A stretch of DNA of 64,000 nt from Hemiscyllium ocellatum (Eukaryota): NCBI RefSeq assembly GCF_020745735.1, contig NW_026867509.1, positions 620,001 to 684,000 of the forward strand, in the 5' to 3' direction. Under the pieces are notes generated by a model, which made no database searches, was not told where the DNA came from, and was given only the letters and a program-made list of their open reading frames with translations. Position 1 is the first letter of the stretch. Every line of letters begins with the position of its first letter. Shown in pieces: positions 48,691-60,417 of this stretch. The position numbers and the translations under genes were made by a program.

Positions 48691-51469
48691 GGTGCTTTTC
48701 AAGATGAAATATGGAAATTTCTGTATGCTCTGCACATTGTGCTCCTCATGCATCGCCCACTGCCTATTCCATTCGCGTTGTTCAATTAGAGCCATTTTCA
48801 TATTTTTTTTGTCCGAGGCTCTGTCTTTTTCCTGTCACTCTGAATCTTAGGCATGCACCCCAGTGTCAGATCGCTGCAGCTCACCGATGGCGAAATTCCC
48901 TTCATTTGTGAAGTGTCCAGAGATGCAGGAAGTCCGGAGCACACGATCTTTGCTTTGACGACATTTCAACAATTTGGAATGTAGATTAAGAATATCAGAG
49001 ATTTACCGGATCCCTGAAGGTAAAATTGCAATATTCAGATCGTACATACTGAATAGTGGAAAAGAATAATCGTGAAATTTCCTTCATATTGTGTCACTGT
49101 AACTGGCTCCTGTGGAATAGGATTTGCAGATTTAACAGCTACAGATATATAGAAAGTAAATCATAATAAAATGATGATTTTAATCAATGTTTCAAATTAA
49201 AGCATATATTTTATTACAGATAAACACAACTAATGAAAAATACTGCAGACATGTTACCCAAAAGTGATCAATTCACAGCACAACAACTTAACTCATAACA
49301 AATTGTGCCTTTTAAGAATGAGCAAATAGGAAGAGCCAGCATGTTTGGGTCTGATCAAAAGGGATTAAAACTGAATTGTTTCAGCTGAGTTCAAAAGCAT
49401 GTCGCATCTGAACTCCATGCAAATTAATTCAATTCTGCTGGTGTCATCAAGGATCACTCAATCGCTTTACACCTCCCTTGTCTTCAATCCATGATATCAA
49501 AGTGCTCGCCACGTGAACGCAGAATGGAGGCTGTAAGAAGCTAATTGGCGCATCTGAACTGATCCACGTTGTCTGGCTGAATCACCTAATCATCTCTGTC
49601 CTTTAAGGAGCACTAATCTATCAACGTAGGTCGCAAATATACTCAGCACCATGGCAACATTTTTTTTCTGATGATGGAATAAAGCTTAAATGAGTTTTAA
49701 CTTCAATTTTGGTCATTGACAGAGTCTGTCTGGGAAATTGATGTGTAATGGCTAACGTTGTTGTGGCATCAGTCCGCTGTTCAGTTACCGTGAATCACTC
49801 ACACAGCAATTCTCTTACAGGAATGGACTGAAATGTCTGTGTCTGACCGCTGTTATAAGCTGCCCTCAATAACGAAAGCGTTCTGCACATTTCATCCTTT
49901 CATTCGATCTGAAAATCTTTCCATTCCTTTCTCACTCACGTTTATCTTGGTGTTCTGTTAAGTACATCTATGTTATTCATTCGTGCTCCTTCTGGTAAAG
50001 ACAGCCGCATTCTACTTGTTCACTGTTATGGAATTGAAGGCGTATACTGTACCTTTAAGAGAGACTGAAAGCTGTTTTGCACTGAGAGCATGACATACTT
50101 GTCATGTGACTGACTAGCAGTTTCAGAGTATATTTGAAAATTGAAAATATGTGACATTCAGTTTTTTTCACAACCGTTCGAATTTAATCATTCAGTTCAA
50201 ATTATGCGCCAACATAAGAAATCCCAATCCAATGTGATTATATTGTTTTCAACAAAATCGAACCAATGACACATCTGTTGTTGAAGGGATAAAAAAGCAG
50301 GCATTTTGGGACTTAGCCACGTAGAGAGTGTAAACTGCCATCTACAGAGAGACTGCCATTCAATACACTCTCTACCAAAGGTCCCTTTTTCATATGAAAT
50401 TCCTTTTCAGCAAAAGTCTGAAGACCATCCACGATAGCGACAGCCTGAGGAAGGAGGATACCAGAGATGACGGCCGCTTCCTAGTTTTGAAAACTAAATT
50501 TATGTAATTTCCATGGGCGCTTACATTGGATCAAATGTGTTGTAGACTGGGAGGTGGATAAGAAACGTTTACGAGAAAGGAGGCTGAGAGTTGTAAATGA
50601 TTGTTGTTTCATGTTTACTATGAGAGTTTTTTTTTTCTATATAAGTAGTAGGAGTTAGGAGTTGTCTGTCATTCATATTGTCATAGACTATGATGCAAGG
50701 TTTTTTTTGTGATGTTTGGTTTACTTACCATAAGGTTTCAGCACCGTGTTTGTTCGCTCGGGTCTAGGATTTGGGCAGGTTTAGATAGATCCAGACTGAG
50801 ATTTGAACAGATTTGAACGCACTTGTGGTGTGAAAGATTCCATCAGATTTTAACTTGCTGACCAGTGTCCTGGATCTTTGACAAAAGATGTAGACGTGAC
50901 AAGTTGTAACTTGTTGTTGGGCAAATGCAAAGTAAGAGAAACGTCTCTTAAAATTGCTGAAGGAATTCTGGGGTTTGTTGAATTCCAAATTTGCCAAGAA
51001 ACTTCAGAAGGACAGGAAAGTACCATGGTTTTAGAATGAACAAAGAGTTTTGAATTGGGTTTAACCAAGGATGAAAGGAAAACTCAAATTGTGAGAGAGT
51101 TGCTCAAGCACTTAGGTGTGTCAGAGAAAAAGACAAGTGCAGCAGACTTAGAAACACTTACATAACTTTCGAGGAAAAATGAGCTAGAAGATAAACAAAG
51201 AGAGAGAGGACAAAATGTAAGGGAGATAGGAAAAATGACAGAGAGAAGCGAGAGAGAGGAAAACGAAAGAGCAGGGGGAGGGAAAGGAAGAGAGAGAAGG
51301 TTCGTAGCTGAGTAAAGAGAGTGAGAAGTAAGAGACAAGGAGAGTCAAAGAAGAATGGCAGTGAGAAAAAGAGAGGAAAGAAAGAGAAAAGGAGAGAAAA
51401 TATAAACGTCAGAAGTTATGACTTAGGAAAGTCAATTTAACACTACGTAGATGAAAAGTGCGATGAAGG

Positions 51470-52160
51470 TGTAGAAGTGTACTGTCCCTTTCCGAAAGTT
51501 AAAAACGAGCAGAACTACCTGACAGTACTGAGTGTTCTGAATAAGGTAAAATGTAACGTTTTGCTCCAGCAGCAAGAGTAGCTGGGTGCCAGGAAACAAA
51601 AACATGTTTGATTTGGGCCAATCAGTTTAAATTATAACCCACAATAAATACCAAACTCCAAGCAAGTTTAAATTTAATATATTGACAATGTTAAAAACGA
51701 ATGACACAATCCAATACTTTGGGGTATAAGACTAGGAAAACATGAACAGGCGAGAGGGAACTGCCAAGTCAACAGCATATATAGATTGCCCGCAGAATAA
51801 GCCTCTTACAGGTACATTTATTGATCAACCACTTGTGGAAAAGAAATCCTAAGGAGAAAAATAACTACAGAGAAAGATACCAAGGGAAGATTGGACAGCT
51901 GCTTGATTTTGAAATTTGAATTTTGGTAAATCTGAATCGGTGTTTTATCGGTCCAGTCTTAAAGAAGTTAAAATAAACATAGGAATTGTAAACAGCTATT
52001 AGTAAATTATTCTCTGTTATATTTTAAGAACTAAAGGTGTTACATTTTACTTTAGCGAGCTCTTCGCCCCTCGAATTTCCGCAGATGACTGCAAGGGGTA
52101 ACTCTCTTTCTGTGTTGCTGGTTAAAATTAACAGAGTGAATTTATCCCGTGTAGTAATAG
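51470..52160 (+). mobile_element. Second, different Gypsy-type LTR nested after the first gag start
   Basis: Starts tgtagaagtgtactgtccctt, ends near PBS-like tctgggggcgc at ~52162; followed by a second gag N-terminus (52400-53170) paralogous to 50940-51450. Confidence 0.6.
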
Positions 52161-52546
52161 ATCTGGGGGCGCTTTGTCGGTGTTTGCACGGTTTAGATGG
52201 AGTTTTTATCGCGATTTGGACAGCTTGATGTTGTATTTCTGATTTGAACTGGATGAGACATAATTGAATAGATTTGGCGTTACAAAACATGCCACAGATT
52301 TAAAAGCTTGCAGGTTAGGATTCTAGATCTTCAAAGAAAACATAGGTGAGACAATTTGTTTAAATTTGGTAACTTGTCGGTGATTAAATTAAAAGTGAGA
52401 GAAATTTTTCTTAAATAGCGATTTGAAAATGTTTCTCAAATTTGCCAATTAAGTTTTGAAGGAAAGAAATCCATACAATTTTTTAAAAAGCAATTAAGAT
52501 AGATTGGGGTGTAACCAGGGAGCAAAGCAAACCTGACATTGTAAGG

Positions 52547-52678
52547 TTTTCTTCAATACTAATTTAAGTTTTTCTACCTCTACTTTTCTTGTATGTTTCT
52601 CTGACTCATACTTAGGTGAGTCAGAGAAACATACAAGAGAAGTAGAGGTAGAAAAACTTAAATTACTATTGAAGAAAA
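52547..52678. repeat. Near-perfect inverted repeat (62-bp arms, 2 mismatches, 8-nt loop) inside gag
   Basis: 52547-52608 is the reverse complement of 52617-52678; loop tacttagg. Confidence 0.95.
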
Positions 52679-53182
52679 TGAGTTAAAGGATAAACAAAGA
52701 GAGGTGGGGGAGAAAAGGAGTAAACTAGAGGAAAGAGAAAGTGAGAGCGAAAGAGAATGAGAGAGAAGAGAGAAGAAAGAAAGAGCAAAAATAGAGAAAG
52801 AGTGAGAAGCTTCGTAGCTGAGCACAGAGAGAAAGAAGCAAAGGGAACAGAAAGAGACAGAAGATTCTTAGCTGAGCAAAACTAGAGAGAACTTGAACTT
52901 GAGAAATTGCAACCTCGTCAGTCAAGGATAGGTAACAAGATGGAGATTAAAAGAGAGGGTAGTGATATATACAAATATATTCAAACTCGGCCAAATGTTG
53001 ATGAAAACGGTTTTGATTTCTCCCCTATTTCATTTGAAAAATTGACTCGGCAGATGGACTGATCAGAGGATTCATGGGTAATGGTGGTTCAGACTAAACC
53101 ATTAGGCACATCAAGTGAGATATTCACCGCGCTGTCAGATGAGGGATCAAGAGATTATTAAGAATTCAAAAAGGCTATTTTG

Positions 53183-53494
53183 AGATTAGATTAGATTCCC
53201 GACAGTGTGGAAACAGACCCTTTGGCCCAGGCAGTCCACACCGACCCTCCAAAGAGTAACCCACCCAGACCGATTTCCCTCTGACTAATGCACCTAACAC
53301 GATGGGGCAATTTAAAATGGTCAATGCACCTGACCTGCACATCTTTGGGACTGTGGGAGGAAACCGCAGGAAACTCACGCAGACACAGGGAGAACGTGAG
53401 AACTCCACACAATCAGTCACCCGAGGCTGGAAACGAACCTGGACCCCTGGTGGTTTGAGGCAGCAGCACTAACTACTGAGCCACCGTGCCGCCC
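53183..53494 (-). mobile_element. Full-length HE1-type SINE inserted in Gypsy gag
   Basis: (TTAGA)n tail; body; head gggcggcacggtggctcagtagttagtgctgctgcctca on minus strand. Confidence 0.92.
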
Positions 53495-53500
53495 AGAGTT

Positions 53501-53570
53501 GCATTGTTGATCAGTTGTAAAATTCTCATCTGCTACGCAGAAGACCTGGATTTGATTCCCAGCCGATGCA
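53501..53570 (+). pseudogene. tRNA-Gly(GCC)-derived pseudogene
   Basis: gcattgttgatcagttgtaaaattctcatctgctacgcagaagacctggatttgattcccagccgatgca aligns end to end with vertebrate tRNA-Gly-GCC; anticodon now GCT; changes mostly CpG-type. Confidence 0.85.
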
Positions 53571-56500
53571 TTGTGGCATCTTGTACTATTTTCAGTGTTA
53601 AGAATCGGTACCAGAAGTGTTGAGACAGGAGTTCAAAAACATAAAGGGAACCAGATCAGTTTTATGGTGAGTTCGAAAGAATTAGCATAGTAATTTCGAC
53701 AGAAGGATGCGTGCTTTGAAAATAGATAGGACCTTTGAGGATCTCCGAGAGACTATTCGGCTGGAGGACTTTAAAAACTCACTTCCCGAGATGGTACAAA
53801 CTCAAGTGGAGGAACAGAATAGTGAGGAAATGAGAAGGGCATTACAAAGAGTAGATGAATACACGTTGATGCATAAGACAAACTTCGGGCCAGAGTTTCA
53901 TTCTGTGATGGAGAGTAGTTGGGAAAAGGGGAGATCCTACACGTCGAAACCAAGAGTACAGACAGTAGTGATATTTGCTAAAGCTTAAATAAAGGTGCCC
54001 AAGAGGGTGAAAAAGAAGTGAAAGCACTCAGGTGATTGCAATAGTAAAGTGGGACAAGTGTTGCTCGATAAAGAAAGGCACTTTGGGAAAAGATGTGGTA
54101 AAAGAAGCCAGTGGCATTCGTGAATGTAGTAAAGGAGACCCCAAGAAGAGCCGACGATCTGCAGGTGGGTGCACAGCATAGGCAAAGGATGGATATGCTG
54201 TTCGTACAGGATATCTGCAAAATTGGTGCCTCTGTGCATAAAGTTTAATTAGAAAGAACAGGGGTCGATCACATTAAGTTATGATTTTGAGAGATACAAG
54301 ATCTAAGCAGTCATTGACAGTAAGCAATGAGGGAATATGCATCCTTTCTGATCTATTACCAGAGCGTGTGTTAAATTTTTGGATAGATGGACATAAATTT
54401 AGCGTTCCCTTATGTAAGATCTGATTGGAGGCCCAACTTAAGTCAGGGAATGTTACAGTGGGAGTGATTGACAGAGGATCAGTTCAGGAATTCAGTTTGT
54501 TCTTGGGAATGATTTGGAAGGATCCAAGGTGGGACCTGCACCGCTTCCTGCGAAGAAGCTCAAAGTAGATCAAGAAACTGTGGAGTAATAACAGAAATAC
54601 TGTGGTATTTGCCAAGACTATGTGATTACCATATCGCACTATCATAATACACACCGCGAAGCAGAAATGGAAGAGAAAGATGCAGAAATTGACATTCACT
54701 TCGCCGATACCATGTTTGATGGAATGGTGGAGGAAAAGCCTGAACAGGCAGAGCGTCCACCAGAAGTGTTTAATCCTGAAAGGCTAAGATACGTTTAAAA
54801 GCAAAGCAAGACGACAAAAGATGTATATGTGGATGTGTCATCTGAAAAGGAGGCCGAGAATATTCCGACGTGTTATCATCTGACGGAAATGAAGACCACA
54901 GCATGTTAGTGCAGAGTTGAAATGGGCCAAAGTGCACCAGATTGTGTTTTTGGTGGCGTACAGAAAGGAAGTGTTACGAGGAGCACATGAACTACCAATA
55001 GGAGCTCACCAAGATGTACAGAAGACTCAGGTTCCGGTAGAAAATCGTGTTTATTGTCGTGGAATGCACAAGAATGTTCTTAACAAGTGGCATACATGTC
55101 ATACATGATGAATAGCACCTTAGCCGCAGGCAATAATAAAACCAGTACGTTTGCTGCTGATTTGAAGAATATTTCACGCGGGTTATGAATTGATTGTACA
55201 GGTCGGCTCCCAAGAACTAGAAGTGGGAGCTAATAATTGGTGACCGTAATGAATGTGTCTCTGAGTTTTGTGGAATCAATTCTATTATGGAATATCAAGG
55301 AAAAAAGTGTGATAGTGGAGTTAGTAGCTTTCTTCAAGCGGTATGGGCAACCCAGAATGATTCAGTCAGAACAACGGTCTAACATTACTGCTGTGCTTTT
55401 TCAGGAGGTGATGGATAGCTTATGCAGACAGCACTTTAAATCAAGTGCGGAAAAGCCTGAATTCCAGGGAGCTTTGGAAATGTGGCATCAGACGCTGGAG
55501 ACCATGTTAAGACCGCACTGTCAGGATTTTTGAGTTAATATTCGGAAAAGATATGAGAGGGACTTTGAAATTTATGAATGAGAATTGACAGGACTGAAGT
55601 TGGCGATCTCTCATCTGGATTGTCTCGGATGTGAGGGATGGACTAAATCGATGAGGTGAGTTAGCTCAACAGCACCTGAATAGGGCACCATATAGAATAG
55701 AACAGAAGACGGATAGAACTTCTGAAATTTGGACGTTTTCTCTTGGGGAAGACATATTTTTATTGTTATCAGTGGAATGAAATTTCGTCAAAGCCACGTT
55801 TAAAGAACTCTATCAAACTGAGAAAAAGTTGAGTCAGACAAAATTACTGGTAAAGATGCCAGATAGAAAAGAGTTGCATCGTGTACGTCACGTGAATATT
55901 TTGAAATCTTATTATGGTAGAGAGAGGAACATGAGAAACAGGTGTTAGTTAGTACCCCACAGAGTGAGCAAACCTAATCCAGATCTTGTGGTATTTGATG
56001 TGCCTCAAAACAAGTTGAACAATGAGAAAGGCCTTGGGGAGTGGGATACGTTAGTAAACTACCTGCTTCAAGAGCAAAGAATGCAGTTGAAAGGCTTGTT
56101 GGAGCAACAGGAGTACACATGTAGGATAAAGATGGGGAACATTGTGCTATTGCGCATAAAGTAGAAGTAGGCAATGTTTTTATTTCCAACAGAACAACAC
56201 ACCCAACAAAGCTTAGTTCTTTCAAAGCCCACATGTCGAGAAACACGTGGATGCGATGCTCAACGAAGACATCGAAACAAGTCAGAAAAAGTGGAGTTCA
56301 CTGATTGTCTTCGTTCCCAAACTGAAGTGACTCAATGATTTCGTATGGACCATCGAAAGGTCAACGCCAAAATAAAATTGGGCTCATAACCACGACCGAG
56401 ATTGGAGGACTATATAGAGAAAGTTGGACAAGCCAGTTACATCGGAAAATTTGATTTATTCAGTGGTTGGAGGCAAGGACCATTATCGGAGAAAGTGTAA

Positions 56501-57411
56501 GGAATGTCTGCGTTTGTAATTGAAAATGGGCTGTATAATTTCGAAGTGATGTACTTAGGAATGAAGAATGCAACGGCCACATTCCAAAGTCTCATAAACA
56601 GAGCTGTGGCTGGAATAACAAACAGTGCAATCTACCTGGATGATGTCGCGACTTTTAGTGAGTCATGGAAATAACACATGGTACAGTTGGGAGAGCTCTT
56701 TGAAGGATTAAAAGGAGCAAAACTCACGAACGAAAATTTCAAGAAAACAGAATTCGTGAAAACAGAGGTGACTTTCTTGGAACATAACATCGGTCACAGA
56801 AGGCTGACCCAAAGGAACGCAAAGACGACAGCCATCAAGAAAAAATGAGGTTCAGTTTGTGGAACAAAGCGGGTTCCACCAAAGTTTGTTCCAAACATCA
56901 CAGCATTGTGGCACGGCTAACAGATTTCTTGAAGTGGAACACAAAATTTCAGTGCACAGATTAATACTAGGAGACATTTAACAAATTAAAAACAGTATTA
57001 AACACCGCACTAGTTTAAACTACACCAAATATTTTGAAACCTTGTTAAGTTGCATCCCATGCGAATGATGTAGTCGGGCTGTACTGCTACAGGAAGATGA
57101 TGATGGAATTGAACGACCAGTTGATCATTTTACAAAGAAACTCAACACCCACAAAGAAAATAGTCTACAATTGTGAAGGACCTAATGAGTTTCATACTGG
57201 CCTTACAACATTTTAATGTTTATGTGACGAACAATGCTTCGGAGATGGTTGTGGAAATGGATCACAATCCTCTTGGACACTTGGGATTCGTTAAAGACAA
57301 TAATGTAAGACAATTACGTTTGAGTCCTATGTTGCAAACTTCCAATTTACAAATCGTACATGTTGCACTTCATAATTGCAATGCAGAAGCGTTATCGTGG
57401 AAGTAATAGGA

Positions 57412-57457
57412 ATGTGTGTGTGTGTGTGTACACACACACACATATATATATATATAT
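57412..57457. repeat. Compound microsatellite (TG)n-TA-(CA)n-(TA)n
   Basis: Seen directly; the (TG)n(CA)n core is palindromic. Confidence 0.95.
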
Positions 57458-60180
57458 GAACAGATACATTTATATGCGAAGAAATTAATATGAACTTCGA
57501 TTAATTTGCGATGTATTTCATGGTAATGGGGTTATGAATTAGAAAAAAGCCTCTTTTCATAATGAGAGTTCACCTTTTTCTCTAAGAGGGAGATTTTAAG
57601 AATTTCAAGGCGTGTACTGTACGTTTAAACGAAGTGAAAGCTGTTTTGCACTGAGAGTTTGAAAGCACTTGTCATATGACTGACTAGTAGTCTCCGAGTG
57701 CACTGGAACATTGAAAACATGTAATATTTGGAATATAACAGTTTCTGAACATATTAGCAACTGTTCAGAACAGTTCTAATTTAACCAATCAGATTAAAGT
57801 GTGCCCCAAGATACTAAATTGCAATCAAATTTGAGTTTATTGCTTTTGTTAACGTCGAACCAATGAGCCAGTCTGATGTTTGGGGTATGAAGCAGCCGAA
57901 ATTTTGTGAGCTAGCCAGGCAAAGAGTAAACCAACATCTATGGAAAGATTGCCGTTCAAAACACTGTATTAAAAGTAACATTTCCATATGATATATCTTT
58001 AACAAAATACCAAAGATGACCCAGTGATACCTACTCCAAGAGGAAAGAGGACACTAGAGACGACCACCGCCTTCTCGTTTTGAAAATACAGTTGATGTAA
58101 TTTTAATAGGAGCTTTTTGGAACAATATTGTTATTCAGTGGGAGGTGGAGAATAAACTTTTCAGAGAACAATGGCTCATACTTGAAAATTGTTGTTGTTC
58201 AATGTTCATGGTTAGAATTCAATAATAAATTGATACTTCTCCTTCAAACAGTGGAATTTTGGTGTTCTCTGTCACTCATACTACAGTACATTACGAGGCG
58301 AGATAGTTGGTTATGGGTGTTTGGCTTAATTTCAGAAAATCCACTGACTAACATTGAACCACTTACTGAACAAATTCCTCTTCAAATCCTCAACGTAGCA
58401 TGTTGTGTCAGGTAAGCATGTCTATTTAAAAAGATGGAACTGGAATCCTTCTCAAGTTGTGTATTCCTCTCCACGTCTGGAACCTCATGACTTTTTTTAA
58501 ACCATCAGTCTTTTTACCAATAAGTCTTCTCGCTCGCAGATAAACGAATCCACGCTGACTTATTAAATTCTGACATTTAAAATCTTTATTTTCTAGCATC
58601 ATGTCCATAATTCGTTTATCCGTTGTGATTTGTGTCCTTCAGTCTTTATGTAAGAGAAGCCAAAGATTAAGTTCATTTAAAAGTCATTTTTGTTTCAGCA
58701 TTGAAGTTATCCAAAACAGAAAGAGAACGGATATCAACATTACTGTTGATCCGAGCTGCCAGGGATCTTTCTGAAACTCAGAAACCTGCAGATCATCGAG
58801 CAAGAGGAAGGTGATTGCATTGGACCCATTAAGTTTGCTGTCATATCATTCAGCTCATGTGATGTGACAAATGGGATCTGCTGATGTTAATTACTTCGAT
58901 AACCACAAGGCAATATTTATGACAAAGCAAAATCTCAATATTGTGCTCTGTTGGTCTATAGAAGTTAAGAAAACTGGAACATGATAGGTCACTACTTAAC
59001 CAGAGAGATAGTCTCTCCAACTGACCTGACAGACAGCTTGACCTCTAACTCAGCCGATATATAGCTTGGTAGTTAATGGCCAGAAACAAATAAAGTTCAT
59101 TGAGAGAAATATGTTTATGAACTTACTTTCAGATATTCGTTTTTATTCATTCACTCTCACTAGTCAGTCTCAGTGCGGAGTGGGGAGAAGATTCCAGGTA
59201 GGACACCCGAGGGAATGACTTTCTCTTGTCACTGTATGCTAGCACTATTCACATGGAGATAGGAAAGAGTTTTCCCTAACAAGGAAACACCAGCATGCAT
59301 GCATGAGAAGGGAGGCTAAGTCATTGCATTATGTTTCAACTGCCATTTCCTCACTGCAGAGCTGACTTATCTTTCAAATGTCAGTGCTCAGAGCTGTTGG
59401 GAGCATCATATACCTATACTTCTGTTTAGAACTTGTTCATTAAATCTTGCAATCAATGTATATTCCCCCACAAGCCTTCAGCTCCTTACTTTGTGCGAAC
59501 GTGGCAGTCTCCTTCGTGCCAAATCCCTCTGGTACATGTCGCTGTGTATTATGGCCTGCACTAATACACAACGCTATCAGACAGACACACACACCTTTGT
59601 TTTATTATACATTCACAGGATGAGGGCGTCACTAGTGAGGCAGCATTTATTGCCTTTCCCCTCTTGCCAGAAGGGCAGTTATATGTCAACTGCATTGTTA
59701 TGGTTCTGGAGTAACTTTTCAGACAGATGTAAGGAGGACAGTTTTCTTTCATAAACGACATTAGTGAACCAGTAGTGAACCTCACCGATACTGAAATTCC
59801 CCTCACTGTTCACACGGTCGATGTCAGCAGAGAACTGAGGACCCACACCCTCAGGTCTGAAAACATCTCCATGGTTTGTGATGTAGATCACGAATGTCGA
59901 TGCTTTATACCAATCCTGGCGATACCTTTGCAATGAATGTACAGAAGTGATCAACTAATTGTAACTAATGGCTACAGTAACTTGTGCAAATTTCATCGCT
60001 GAAACCTGCTCTTGGGAGACCAATTGGACACTAGCAACACCTGCATACATTTAGTAATACAGAAATTCAACCTCTTATCATTATGCCATATTACCGAGAG
60101 TCACTTGACTGAACATTTTCTAAATAGAGAAAATAACGTCAGTTATTCCTGAATGTGAAAGAGTGGATTCGTTTTAAAAT

Positions 60181-60417
60181 GATTAGATTAGATTAGATTA
60201 CTTACAGTGTGGAAACAGGCCCTTTGGCCCAACAAGCCCACACCGACCTGCCGAAGCGCAACCCACCCATGCCCATACATTTACCCCTTATCTAACACTA
60301 CGGGCAATTCAGCATAGCCAATTCACCTGACCTGCTCATCTTTGTGAATGTGGGAGGAAACCGAAGCACCCGGAGGAAACCCACGCAGACACGGGGAGAA
60401 CGTGCAAACTCCACGCA
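60181..60417 (-). mobile_element. 5'-truncated HE1-type SINE
   Basis: (GATTA)4 tail, cagtgtggaaacaggccctttggcccaac, cggaggaaacccacgcagacacggggagaacgtgcaaactcc. Confidence 0.9.

Larger units (their letters stand above)
50024..58410 (+). mobile_element. Decayed Ty3/Gypsy LTR retrotransposon complex with Gmr1-type order (gag-PR-INT-RT-RH)
   Basis: LTR from TGTTATG at 50024; related LTR from ~57594 after purine tract aagagggaga; PR LRDT(R)S ~54286; INT AHELPIGAH/CHT, QSEQRSN, QGALEMWHQTL at 54950-55950; RT DHRKVNA, GMKNATATFQ, IYLDDV at 56350-56650; RNase H 57050-57400; many stops. Confidence 0.88.

Noticed and set aside
49417-49424. Octamer ATGCAAAT (also ~40319 and ~62823)
   Set aside because: No V leader or snRNA gene at the expected distance
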